The notes under the pieces: model-generated
The model's database searches: none
Told to the model about the DNA's origin: nothing
What the model saw: the letters and a program-made list of their open reading frames with translations, nothing else
Source: Elsinoe ampelina
Taxonomy: Eukaryota
DNA: 64,000 bases
Assembly (NCBI GenBank): GCA_010093995.1
Contig: ML992516.1
Location: forward strand, 123,413 to 187,412
Reading direction: 5' to 3'
Program-made: the position numbers and the translations under genes
Part shown: one piece after another, positions 49,851 to 60,777 of the stretch
How the letters are laid out: each line of letters begins with the position of its first letter
Position numbering within the stretch: position 1 is the stretch's first letter

Positions 49851-51260
49851 CTAGCTTTCGTATCCCGTCGTGGGGTTGAAGCCTGAAGCATGTCCATAGT
49901 AGCCGAACGCCCCATTGCCGCTGCCAGAAGCTGACCAGTCGCCCTTCGGCGGGCCCTTCGGAGGCGATCCAGGCAGGCCTCTCTTTCTGAACCCGCCTCG
50001 TCCTCCACCAAAGCCTCCTGGACCACCGCCAAAAGGTCCCTGCCCATGCCCATTCGGTCCTCCAGGCCCAGGTCCACCACCATGGCCGCCACCATGACCT
50101 CCCCATCCTCCGCCCTCTCCGCCGCCGTGACTCCCCGGCGACCTCTTCCCATGTCCTCCCCGTCCCCCACCGAGGCCCCAAGAATGGCCCTGACCAGGTC
50201 CATGCTCACCTCCAGGCCCGCCACCATGCCCACCACCAAACCCTCCCGGCCCCCCTCCGTTCCCTCCCATACCATGGCCTCCCCCAGGGGACCTCTTCCC
50301 AAACCCGCCCCTCCCACCACCAAAACCCCCAGGCGGTCCATGATGCCCCTCCCCTCCTCCCGGCGGCCCATGTTGGCCCCCACCAAACCCACCACCTGCC
50401 CCTCCCCAACCCCCTCCACCGCCTCCCATCCCATGCCCACCAGGCGACCTCTTCTCGACCCCGCCCGCAGGAAAGGGGGATCGGCTGTCATCGTCGTGTT
50501 TAACCGCCAGAGTGCCCTGTGATGGCGGGCTACCTGGTGGACCGCCGCCGCCATGCGATCGTTTCACAGGGGCAGTGCGACCGAGATCGTGACCGTTGTA
50601 CGAGCCACCATGCGTGATGCCGTACGGGGAGGGACTAGGGCCGGTGCCATGGGGCCCACCGCCGCCCATGATTTGGTCGCTGCCTCCTGCTCGCTTTGCG
50701 TGGTTGCCGAAGCCACCCCCGCCGAATCCTCCCCCGAAGCCGCCGGGTGGACCGTCGTGATTGCCGTGGCCTCCACCGAAGCTGGGTCCTTCGCCCGAGC
50801 CGGACTGGCCGGGTCCGCCGTGGCCATGGTTACCTGGTCCGTCTGGTCCGAATCCTCCTGGTCCTGGCCCACCGCCACCACCAAAGGCACGTCTTTCAAG
50901 CGTTTTGGATTCCTGGTCTAGCGGTTCATCCACGCGAGATGCCTGGGTTTTAACATCCTTGAGGGTGTTACCGTCGTTCATGAGCTGGTCGTGGAGTGGA
51001 GTGTTCTGAGGTGTCTTGTTGATAGGAGGTGGAATGTTAGCTTCGTCGAGGTACTCGGGTGGTTTAATGGGAGTTCGCTTGGCGATGGGCAGGTATGTAC
51101 CATCGGCACCCAGCATAGGGTTGACGTGATCGGTGTTGCATGCTGGCGCTACGCAAGCTGTAGGGTCATTTGTGCTTGTCGGGGCGGCTGAGATGGTAGG
51201 AGCGAGAGCTGCAAGGAGTAAAGGGAGAATGGTAAGGAAGAAACTGGGTTGATCTTTCAT
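49851..51260 (-). CDS. Secreted Gly/His/Pro-rich Kex2-processed repeat protein (KEP-like)
   Basis: Signal peptide, then segments delimited by KR/RR, including three ~50-aa SPG(G/S)...GGGRGG(F/H)(G/R)-KR repeats. Confidence 0.85.
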   Translation of the reverse strand: MKDQPSFFLTILPLLLAALAPTISAAPTSTNDPTACVAPACNTDHVNPMLGADGTYLPIAKRTPIKPPEYLDEANIPPPINKTPQNTPLHDQLMNDGNTLKDVKTQASRVDEPLDQESKTLERRAFGGGGGPGPGGFGPDGPGNHGHGGPGQSGSGEGPSFGGGHGNHDGPPGGFGGGFGGGGFGNHAKRAGGSDQIMGGGGPHGTGPSPSPYGITHGGSYNGHDLGRTAPVKRSHGGGGPPGSPPSQGTLAVKHDDDSRSPFPAGGVEKRSPGGHGMGGGGGGWGGAGGGFGGGQHGPPGGGEGHHGPPGGFGGGRGGFGKRSPGGGHGMGGNGGGPGGFGGGHGGGPGGEHGPGQGHSWGLGGGRGGHGKRSPGSHGGGEGGGWGGHGGGHGGGPGPGGPNGHGQGPFGGGPGGFGGGRGGFRKRGLPGSPPKGPPKGDWSASGSGNGAFGYYGHASGFNPTTGYES

Positions 51261-51845
51261 CTTGTCTGTCGTTGAAGAAAAGACGACAGCAGAGGTTGGG
51301 TTGGTACTTGCTCAATTGACTCACAGTTCACAGCGTTAGTATATAACATACACTATCAGAAAGAATGCGAATACTTGTCATCTCTAGTAGAGGAAGAGCC
51401 GCCGTCTCGTGTGGATGATGTGTGTTTGCGGAAGGGCGGACGCAGACCAGCCGGATGCCATCTGGCGAGCCTGTCCTGCGCGACTGCACGCAGCGGGAAG
51501 AACATTGTTGTAGAACGGCTCGGATAAGGTACCTCGTCCTTCCGATGAATGTAGATGATTATCTGGCCGAACCTTTGAAGTTGTCTGCAGGGAAGGAAAG
51601 AAAAAGTGGCAACGTCTGCGTTACAGTACCTATGCGGAGCGCAGCCGCATTCAAGGTTGGTTGGCCAGCCGTGGCCACCTCACACTAGTCCCAACCTCTG
51701 CACAAAGGAACAGTTTGTGAAATCAACTCAAGCTTATCCAATGGTTTAGATTGTTTGCTATAGATCTTCGAAACGTCATAATACATGCTCTCGTCAAGCC
51801 GTGCTGTACGCCGACTAATGGGTATCAAATGCTGTTGGAGAAGCG

Positions 51846-53513
51846 TCATCCATCAATACCCTTCCTTTCATCCCTATCCAAGATGTTCCTGATCCTTTGA
51901 CCCTCGATCTGCTTGCCTTCTTCCCTGACATTTTCCAATCGTTCGACGCCCATCATGATTTCACCAATGTGCATCTCGAGTGGGATCTCCTCTCTGGTGA
52001 CGCCACCCGGACCTCCGACTCCCAACACCTCAGGTCTCGCTACCCGCTCCCGCAAATCTTCCAATGATGCAGCAATGGTTTGTAACTTGATGATGGTTGT
52101 ACTGACGTGGGCGAATGCCAATTTGCGATATGCGCCGACTTCCTTCAAGACGGCAAGTTGTCTCTGCACCTTTGATACACTTGACCTGTTTCCACCAAGC
52201 TTGGTCCAGAGCAGGGCAAATAGCTCGTCCTTGCCATCTTGCACTTTGATGCCATCTCTGGTTGCAATTGATGCAATGAGATCCAGGCGGTCATCCAAAT
52301 TTTGCAGCACCATGAGTAGAGCCTGAGCCTCCATGATCAAGCCCTGAATCTGGTCTTCGACCGCGGAAGTGTGACGGATATACTGATCGTACAGAATATC
52401 TCTCGTTAGCTTCGCCGGTGCTCCCTGAAAGGGCGCAAAAATGTTCAGCCAATTTGTAACAAAAGTTGAGAGACTACCCCTATCTGCCTTGGAAGCCTCT
52501 ACACCTTCCAGGATTTGCAAAGTCCAGCGGTTGGTTGAGAGTATGCGATCAACTGCCCGACCAATGCGTGAATTGTACTTGGCGAGATCTCCAGAAGCTT
52601 GCCTTGCAGTCTCGATGAAGCCACCAAACTCAAATACGAGCTCGTTGCGAGATGGAAGAGCAGAGTATTCGACCACATGTCGGAGGTCACGGATGGAGGC
52701 CTCAGAGCGCTTCATGTCCATGGGTAGTGAAGCGCTTTCAGCCGACGTGGTCATGATCTCCTCAAACGCTGACTGAGTGCTGATGAGCTTGTCGAACTCT
52801 GGATCGCCATGCTCTTCAGTGAAGTTGACGGTGGCACAGAAGGGAAGGATGACGCTTGATCCAGGAATCTTACAGATGGGCGTGAGTGCGGACGTGACGC
52901 TGCTGAAGACCAGATTGCGTGTGACAATGAGGCCGCCGACCAGCAGGTATATAACCAAGGCGTAGGCGATGATGGGTTTCGCGAATCTGGCCGCAATGCC
53001 GAGGACTTGGAAGACATATGCCAACAGAGGGGCGAGAAAGTTGACCCAGACCAGCTCAAACATGTTCTGATCGGATTCGACCTTCGACCTACCAAGAGGT
53101 CTTCGCTGCTTCGGCTGCTTCTGTGCATCATACTTGTCTGCTCGAGACTGACGATTGGTGCCTTTCACGGGCGACGTTTCGTGACTGGATGTGTGGTCGA
53201 GAGTTGGCATGACAAAGTCTGTGGGTTCTCTCTTCCTTGGTCTGGCGATGCGGGCGCGTGGTATATCATCAACAGCACTGGTACGAGAAGCGCGCATCGA
53301 CTTGCGCATACCATTCTGTTGTAGCGAACGGTTGTCTAGCGCTTCGTTGAGATGCTCCGCTCGCGAGGCTGTCAAGTTCGCCTTTGGCATGGATCTTGAC
53401 TGCGTAATGAGCTCTTCTTCGTCTGATGTCAATTCGACAGATTCAGCACCGTCCCCCATGGAGGCCCAAGATTCGGTCAAGCCATCTCTGGGTTGATGAG
53501 CGCGATGCGCCAT
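51846..53513 (-). CDS. Hypothetical single-pass membrane protein with long helical/coiled-coil C-terminal domain
   Basis: Long ORF with hydrophobic segment(s) (FLAPLLAYVFQVLG...YALVIYLLVGGLIV), PICKIPG..LPFC motif and heptad-rich C-terminus. Confidence 0.8.
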   Translation of the reverse strand: MAHRAHQPRDGLTESWASMGDGAESVELTSDEEELITQSRSMPKANLTASRAEHLNEALDNRSLQQNGMRKSMRASRTSAVDDIPRARIARPRKREPTDFVMPTLDHTSSHETSPVKGTNRQSRADKYDAQKQPKQRRPLGRSKVESDQNMFELVWVNFLAPLLAYVFQVLGIAARFAKPIIAYALVIYLLVGGLIVTRNLVFSSVTSALTPICKIPGSSVILPFCATVNFTEEHGDPEFDKLISTQSAFEEIMTTSAESASLPMDMKRSEASIRDLRHVVEYSALPSRNELVFEFGGFIETARQASGDLAKYNSRIGRAVDRILSTNRWTLQILEGVEASKADRGSLSTFVTNWLNIFAPFQGAPAKLTRDILYDQYIRHTSAVEDQIQGLIMEAQALLMVLQNLDDRLDLIASIATRDGIKVQDGKDELFALLWTKLGGNRSSVSKVQRQLAVLKEVGAYRKLAFAHVSTTIIKLQTIAASLEDLRERVARPEVLGVGGPGGVTREEIPLEMHIGEIMMGVERLENVREEGKQIEGQRIRNILDRDERKGIDG

Positions 53514-54382
53514 AGTGAGTGGGGTGTCTCCTTTCCCGCGCAAGGCGTATCCAATACCCAAACAGCCACAGTGGTCCAGAGGTGTTAAATCGGTGGTGTA
53601 AGTATATTGTGAAACATGATTGCGTTAATTGACACTCACGAGAGAGTGATGGCTGTGATGCTGGCGACGTCACACAGGCGCGTGCTTACCACGAATCAGG
53701 TGGCGGCGTCAGGAATGCGGCTCTGCTCCACGCTAGGCTCAATCCATCGACACCACCACTGACACGTGATTTTCCGGCCATGTCTGACCCGCTTTCACAC
53801 AATTGTTCATCATCTCAACAAATCACTTGTCGAGCGACCTGATAATCGACCCCTACAGGATGCAATACGTGTATCAGATATCCAGCTCGGCTTGCATATT
53901 CCCGACTATCGATGGCCTATTTTCCATGCACTTCTCACCTCTCAATTTCTCTGGAAGAATTGGACAAATGATCTACCGACCAACTATTTTTGGACGGCCT
54001 TAAAAAACCCACACCGAGACTTTGTTGGTGCGTCTCTCTTCTGCCTTTAGCCATCAAGCGGGTCTGCCATCTCATTTCCTTGCCGTCTGCCACACAAAAT
54101 GTACTCCCAGTACCTGGCAATTGGCCTGGCCCGACCCGCTCACGTTCCTGGCTTACCTTCAACTCCTTTGGACATGGTCGCTGGACGCCCTGCAGGACGC
54201 CATTGAACAGCTTTATGCCAAGGTGCACTATTCTTCCGGTCAAGTTTTGTGTGTTCGCTTCCGAAGGGTAGGTGGTGGCGTACGATGAATCGTACAAAGG
54301 CGTCCTGCGCCCACCGAATGGTAAGCTTGTAGTTCATCCTTCCGGTCAGTCGTTCCTGTGCGTTCGCTTCTGTGCATTCGAT

Positions 54383-56369
54383 ATGTCGTACTGTAAGTGG
54401 CCGACCAAGTCGAGAAAGGCGCGTGCTGACAACCACAGTGATTAACAATTCGTCCGTCCCTTCCATCTCGCCAACTTCGACATCCGTGTTTCCTACGTCC
54501 ATCACATCCCTCGTACCAGGTGTCACGCCTCCTGGCGGATTCCCCAAGGTCGGTTGTGAGGTTCGCCTTGACCCAGCCTATGCGGTATGGAAGGTGAACA
54601 CTGCCCTCTCGCCTCCGGGGACAGTCTACATCACCGTAGATGAAACTAAGAACACAACAATCACGTCCAAGACGTGTACACAATCCATTCTCGATGAAGA
54701 TTGGACTGCTGGGATTTCGCGCACGGCCTGGTTCGGAGGCCAATATGGCGCCGACTTTGACACCAACTGCAACTGGCTCGGCAAATACATCGATTCCAGC
54801 GGACGAAACAGCAGCGTAGCCACCGCCATCTATCCCGGACCTTCCACAATCTGCGACCTTGGCGACCAACTCGGCATCAGCTTCACGCTCTCCAGCGATG
54901 CGACGAGCACCCGCGGCATCTACTGGGGCTCCTCGATCCAGGGCAAAATCCTCTACACCGACTTCTTCACCAGCGAATACAGAACGTACACCCTCCGCGA
55001 CGGGAGCATCTACTCGCAGGTCAACTTCATCATGCCCTCCCTAGCCAACTACTTCCCAGACTGGTCCGACGTGATCAAAACCTGCACATCCGTCTGGTTC
55101 AACACCTCCCCCAACACACTCACTGCCGCCAACTTCCTCACCTCCGTCACCACCATCCGCGCCGCAGAAGGCGCAGCCACGCCACCCGCAGCACCCCCCA
55201 CGTTAGTGCCCGGGGCTCCCCAATTACCCCCACCTACGCCTGAACCCACCCCAAGACCCGCTGCTCCCACACCAGCCAACCCGTCTCCATCACCGGCGCC
55301 ATGGAATCCCCAGCCACAAATGCCTGGTGGCACGGAGCCGGTCACTAGACCTACGATGGAGGCAACCAATGGAGGAGGTCTGATCCCTGCTGTGCCGAGC
55401 GCGAGACCGGCGCAGAGTCAGGGGGATAACGTGGGCGGAAATATCATCTCGTTGATCAATTCCGGTACTAAGCCGACGGTCGGGGCTGGCGGTCAGGCTG
55501 GGTCGGGATCGGGGTCGGGGTCGAATGCCGGGTCTAATGCTGGTTCCAATGCTGGATCTAACGCTGGCTCCAATGCCGGTTCTAACGCTGGATCTAATGC
55601 CGGCTCTAATGCCGGCTCCAACGCCCCCGTCATCCCCGCCCCTCTCACACCAACCTCCACCACCCTCCCCGCCCTCATAATCACCGCATCAGGCCAGACC
55701 GCCACCATCGCCCCCGGCGCCGCCCCCGTCACCATCGGCGGCCAAGTCATCTCCATCCCCGCACCCTCCGCCGCTTCACCGTCCGCCGAACCCGTCGTCG
55801 TCATCGGGAGCAAGACCGTCGCGCTGGCGGAGGCATTGAGTCCGACCGGGGCCGTGAGGGAGTTAGTCCAGGGCGCCGAGGTGAGGGGGACGAGTTTTGT
55901 TGTTGCGTTGCCTACTGCCATGCCTGGTTCTGGGTCTGGGGCTGGGGGAGGGATGGGATCGGGGGCGGGGACAGGGAGTGGGTCGGTAGGCGCGGGAAAC
56001 GCGGGGGGTTTGCAGGAGGGCGTCCCGGGGACGGGCGTGAGCAGTGGGCAGGCTGGTAGTGGGAGTGCGGGCGGGCAGGCGCAGGCGAGTTATACGCTTA
56101 CTCTGGCGCCGGGATTGGTGGTGACTGTGCCCGTGGCGACGCCGACGGTTGGCGTGGGTGGGTATGTGAATGCGGGGCTTGGAGGGCAGGCTGGATCGGG
56201 CAGTGGTGGTGTTACGACTCAGGGGGCTGGTGTAGGTCAGAATGGTGGAAGGTCGAGGAACGGGACTGTGGTGCCTTTCACTGGCGCTGCTACGAGAGTT
56301 GGGGGCATGTTGGGCTTGCTTGGGTCGGTGCTGGCGGTGGGAAGTGGCGTGTTGGCCGTCTTGCTGTAA
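54383..56369 (+). CDS. Putative GPI-anchored cell-surface protein (Cys-containing N-domain, Pro-rich and GSNA-repeat stalk); 5' exons unresolved, intron 54393-54438
   Basis: Long ORF ending FTGAATRVGGMLGLLGSVLAVGSGVLAVLL (omega-site plus hydrophobic tail); signal peptide not located. Confidence 0.7.
55518..55625 (+). repeat. Coding minisatellite, 9 x 12 bp (GSNA)n
   Basis: GGNTCNAAYGCN units with synonymous variation. Confidence 0.95.
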
Positions 56370-56420
56370 GAAGTAGTGGTGTTCTGAATGATTTAATGTA
56401 TATTATGCTGTTGATAACCC

Positions 56421-57687
56421 TCACATGACAGATTTGATGAACTCGGTGATCGCTTTGCGTCCTTGTGGCTTTTCACTTGCTTGATGGTGCAGTGCTGCGT
56501 GAATGCTGACCCTTGAAACTGCAAGACCAAGATCATGGCAGAGCTTTTCGAGGTATGCAGCGTCGGTTCTCGGGACGACCTCGTCGTCTGCTGCTGGTAG
56601 GAGTAGAATTGGTGGCACTTGTGTTCTGGAATTTTTCATCTTCCTAAGCGCCACTTCGGAATCCCAATGACTGCGTAAAAATGGCCAGAGATGACGATAT
56701 GGTAGCCATTTCTGTGGGTAAAGCTCGACCAACATGCGTCTGATGTTGACAAATGGTGTCTCCAGAATCAGGCCTTTGACATTAATCGGTTGCGCTGGAT
56801 TTGACTTGGATACATATGTGGCGAGCGCTGTGGATGCGACACCAGCGCCGATCGACTGTCCCCATATTATCACTTGTGAGGAGGGATAGATATCAGCAGC
56901 CCATGCTAGGAAGGACTGGGCATCAATCTCAATTCCAGACTGAGAGGGTGAACCGGTTGACTTCCAGTAGCCACGGTATGACAGCGCGCAAATGATGACC
57001 TTGCTATGTGTTGCATCATAAACGCTCGCAGCAGCTCGAGATAGTAGCGGGAGCCGAGGAGGCGTAGAAGATCCATTCCTGATTCGGTCAATATCATGCC
57101 ATAGTGGACAATCAGAAAATCCCCGGAGAACAGCTGAGATGAACAATGAAAGAGAATGCTTACCCTTGAAAGTAAAGGATGACTATCGACGGTTTGACCT
57201 TGTGATCAATGTCTTGGCCTATCTCACCTACAGCAATTGCTAGCCTGTAACCGTCGTTGGAGATGATTGACTCTTCTCTCCATTTGACTTTGCCGCACAT
57301 CGATTGATAGTCTTCAAGCTTCTCTCTGCGTGTATATGGAGGCAGGGAAGGCATGTAAATGATCTTGTTCTGAAACAAGACCAAGCTCATACATTTAAGC
57401 GTCCACAAAGCCAAACTTATGCCGACCAACACGCTAGGTACTACTACAAGCGCAGGCAGCTCGGATAGTACAGTGGTAGCATCATTCGAGATTGAGCATC
57501 GATGGCTCTTTATCGATATCCCTGCCCGCCTTTCTTGCGCATGAAGAGAAGGGAGACCTGTAGTCCTTGATGAAGTCGATAGAGTGCGACCAAGTAAAGG
57601 CGACCTATGTACCATCAAGGGATGTTTACAGGCAGGCGTCCCAGTAGACCGAGTCGCCAAGCTGTAGAGCCTGGACAAGCCTGACAT
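56421..57687 (-). CDS. Alpha/beta hydrolase, BEM46/ABHD13-like; one intron (~57080-57162)
   Basis: FQNKIIYMP, ILYFQG/NGSS, SYRGYW, GQSIG nucleophile elbow, LETPF, DEVVP. Confidence 0.88.
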
Positions 57688-58061
57688 AGCATGACTGACT
57701 GGTCTCGTTGTGGAGTCGTTCGCAATTTTGGTTGAATAGATCAAAACGGAAGGTCAGATGCCCTTGCTCGGCACTTGTTTAGCTCTGCTGGTCTGTCGAT
57801 AGCGACAAGTCATCGCCATGTAGCGTACATTTCAGTCATGCGCATATGTGCTTCAATTGTACGGTGACAACCTTTGTCAAGCTCGAAACATGGAAGAGGA
57901 TAACCTTGAGAAGAAGATGGTTCTGGTCGAGATCTGGTCATGAATCATGTCAGCCCCACCTGCCCTTTGCAAAAGAGCGATGACGGAACAGCGATCTGTC
58001 CCTCGATTTCCCCGCGGTCCCTACCTTATCTAGAACTTTTTTTCTCAAGCAGCATCACCTC

Positions 58062-58068
58062 TGACTCA
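58062..58068 (+). promoter_or_regulatory. Gcn4/CpcA-type site TGACTCA just upstream of the HIS4 ATG
   Basis: Exact TGACTCA; amino-acid biosynthetic genes are canonical cross-pathway targets, but the position (inside the likely 5' UTR) is atypical. Confidence 0.35.
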
Positions 58069-58074
58069 ACAAAC

Positions 58075-60777
58075 ATGGCTGCTTCATTCTTACCAGCGAT
58101 TGATGTGCAGACCTACGCCAGCCCGGCGTCAGGTCTGTCAGTCAAAGAATTGGGCTTCATCGGAAGTGCATACGCAATAGCTACCCCCGAGAACTTGGAA
58201 CGTATCTATGACTACCTGGAGGAAGTTCAATTCTCGACTTACTTGGACACAACCTTGCTGTCTTCCGCCGAGGAGATCATCTCCCTTCTGGACGCTGGGG
58301 TGGCCAAAGTCTTTGTCTCTGGTCCCCAGCTACAGCAACTACGTACCGTGGACAACTTGGACCAAAGTCGGCTCGTCTTATCACTGGCTGGACAGGCAGA
58401 TCAAGAGCTAGGACTGTTGACGGATTCTTCTGTTGGCATTTATTTGCATGGCCTCAACGATGTGTCAGCCGTTGAACAACTTCTTCAGCAGTATGGCAAA
58501 GAAAGACCTCCAGTCTATGTCTCGTTCGGCAACGCCAGCAGCGAAGCGGCATTTCAGCTCGCTAGGATACAAGCTACACCGATCATCCCAGCTGCTCAGT
58601 TGACTACCGACAGCCAGACCAATCCTCTACTTATCAATGCTGCTGCACTTCTTATGGTCAATGCCCGGACAGACCGTCCAGACGGGCTCTTTACCACTGT
58701 GGTGACAGACGAGCAAGGAATTGCCCTCGGGCTTGTATACAGTAGCGCCGAGAGTGTAGCGGAGAGTCTCAGAACAGGGCAAGGAGTCTACTTCAGTCGC
58801 GAGCGAGGTTTATGGTACAAAGGTCAGACAAGCGGGGATACACAGGAACTGGTGCAGGTCAGCTTCGATTGCGACCAGGATTGCCTCGTCTTCAAAGTCA
58901 AGCAGCACGGTCGAGGCTTTTGTCACTTGGCTCGGTCAACATGCTTCGGAGAATACAAGGGACTGGCCAAACTTCAAAAGACCCTACAAAGTCGGAAGCG
59001 ATCCGCGCCAGCTGGCTCTTACACGGCACGCCTCTTCAGCGATTCCAAATTGCTACAGGCCAAGATCATCGAAGAAGCAAATGAGTTGGCCGAGGCGCAG
59101 ACCAAAGCCGAGATCGCCGCCGAAGCCGCAGACGTTCTCTACTTTGCTCTTGCCAAGTGCATTGCAGCCGATGTTTCGCTCGAGGATGTTGAGCGCAATC
59201 TGGATGCAAAGAATCGCAAGGTCAAGCGGAGAAAGGGTGATGCGAAACCACAGTACGCAGAGAAGGTCGGTCTCAATGGCACTACTAATGGTACTGCCAA
59301 TGGAGCACCAAAGACGAATGGCGAGCTTGTCAAGGAAGCAGCATCCGTACCAAAGAGCAAAGAAGATCCTGCCGGCACCATCAATGGCAAAATCGAAATG
59401 CGCCGTTACATCACATCAGAAGTCTCGTCAGCAGAGGTTGAGGATGTCCTGCAAAGACCGTCCCAAAAGTCTACCGATAGGATCATGGGCATCGTCAAGC
59501 CGATTGTGGACGAGGTCCGGACGAGAGGAGACTCAGCTCTGCTGGAATACACTCACAAGTTCGAAAAGGCCACATCACTCTCGTCACCTGTTCTCAAAGC
59601 ACCTTTCCCAAAGAACCTCCTGCAACTGCCTCCTGAGACTATTGAAGCCATTGATATCTCATTCGAGAACATCCGCAAGTTCCACGCCGCACAGAAGGAA
59701 GATAAGCCGCTGATCGTGGAGACAATGCCGGGTGTCGTCTGCAGCAGATTCGCAAGGCCGATCGAGCGAGTGGGTCTGTACGTCCCTGGTGGTACTGCAG
59801 TCCTACCTTCAACCACTTTGATGCTGGGTGTCCCCGCGCAGGTCGCAGGATGCAAGAAAATTGTTATCGCATCTCCTCCTCGTTCTGATGGCAGCATCAA
59901 TCCCGAGATTGTGTACGTTGCTCACAAGGTGGGAGCCGAGAGTATCGTCCTGGCTGGTGGTGCTCAGGCAGTTGCGGCTATGGCATACGGTACAGAAAGT
60001 GTTACAAAGGTCGACAAGATTCTTGGTCCTGGCAACCAGTTTGTGACGGCGGCGAAAATGCTTGTCAGCAATGACACTAGCGCAGGTGTCAGTATTGATA
60101 TGCCGGCAGGACCTAGTGAGGTTCTGGTAGTCGCAGACAAGAGCGCGAACCCAGCATTTGTTGCAGCTGATCTCCTCAGTCAGGCTGAGCATGGTGTCGA
60201 CTCGCAGGTTGTACTAATCGCGGTTGACCTCTCAGAGCAAGAGCTCCAAGCTATTGAGGACGAGCTTCACACTCAAGCCAATGCTTTACCTCGTGTCGAC
60301 ATTGTTCGTGGAGCCATCGAGCATTCGGTTACTCTTGTGGTCAAGGACATCGAAGAGGGAATGCGCCTAAGCAATATCTATGCTCCGGAACACTTGATTC
60401 TGCAGGTTGAAGATGCCCAGAAAGTGGCTGGCATGGTCGAAAACGCAGGCAGTGTCTTCATCGGCCAGTGGACACCAGAAAGTGTCGGTGATTATTCCGC
60501 AGGAGTGAATCACTCACTTCGTAAGTACAAATCGCGAACTCCGATGTTTTACAAGACTAACAGCACGGAAGCGACATACGGCTACGCGAAGCAATATTCC
60601 GGAGTCAATTTGGCATCCTATGTCAAGCACATTACCAGTTCTAGCCTAACGGCTGAAGGTTTGCGGAACGTCGGTGGAGCGGTCATGCAGCTGGCCAAGG
60701 TCGAGGCTCTCGAAGCACACAGGAGAGCGGTCAGTATCCGTCTGGAGCACATGGACAGGACGAGTGCCGCCGCATAG
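58075..60777 (+). CDS. HIS4: Histidine biosynthesis trifunctional protein (PR-AMP cyclohydrolase / PR-ATP pyrophosphatase / histidinol dehydrogenase); intron 60521-60571
   Basis: YFSRERGLWYKGQTSG, DCDQD..FCH, GSYTARLF, GLYVPGGTA, IDMPAGPSE, SQAEHG, APEHL, GDYSAGVNHSL/PTYG. Confidence 0.98.
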   Translation: MAASFLPAIDVQTYASPASGLSVKELGFIGSAYAIATPENLERIYDYLEEVQFSTYLDTTLLSSAEEIISLLDAGVAKVFVSGPQLQQLRTVDNLDQSRLVLSLAGQADQELGLLTDSSVGIYLHGLNDVSAVEQLLQQYGKERPPVYVSFGNASSEAAFQLARIQATPIIPAAQLTTDSQTNPLLINAAALLMVNARTDRPDGLFTTVVTDEQGIALGLVYSSAESVAESLRTGQGVYFSRERGLWYKGQTSGDTQELVQVSFDCDQDCLVFKVKQHGRGFCHLARSTCFGEYKGLAKLQKTLQSRKRSAPAGSYTARLFSDSKLLQAKIIEEANELAEAQTKAEIAAEAADVLYFALAKCIAADVSLEDVERNLDAKNRKVKRRKGDAKPQYAEKVGLNGTTNGTANGAPKTNGELVKEAASVPKSKEDPAGTINGKIEMRRYITSEVSSAEVEDVLQRPSQKSTDRIMGIVKPIVDEVRTRGDSALLEYTHKFEKATSLSSPVLKAPFPKNLLQLPPETIEAIDISFENIRKFHAAQKEDKPLIVETMPGVVCSRFARPIERVGLYVPGGTAVLPSTTLMLGVPAQVAGCKKIVIASPPRSDGSINPEIVYVAHKVGAESIVLAGGAQAVAAMAYGTESVTKVDKILGPGNQFVTAAKMLVSNDTSAGVSIDMPAGPSEVLVVADKSANPAFVAADLLSQAEHGVDSQVVLIAVDLSEQELQAIEDELHTQANALPRVDIVRGAIEHSVTLVVKDIEEGMRLSNIYAPEHLILQVEDAQKVAGMVENAGSVFIGQWTPESVGDYSAGVNHSLRKYKSRTPMFYKTNSTEATYGYAKQYSGVNLASYVKHITSSSLTAEGLRNVGGAVMQLAKVEALEAHRRAVSIRLEHMDRTSAAA

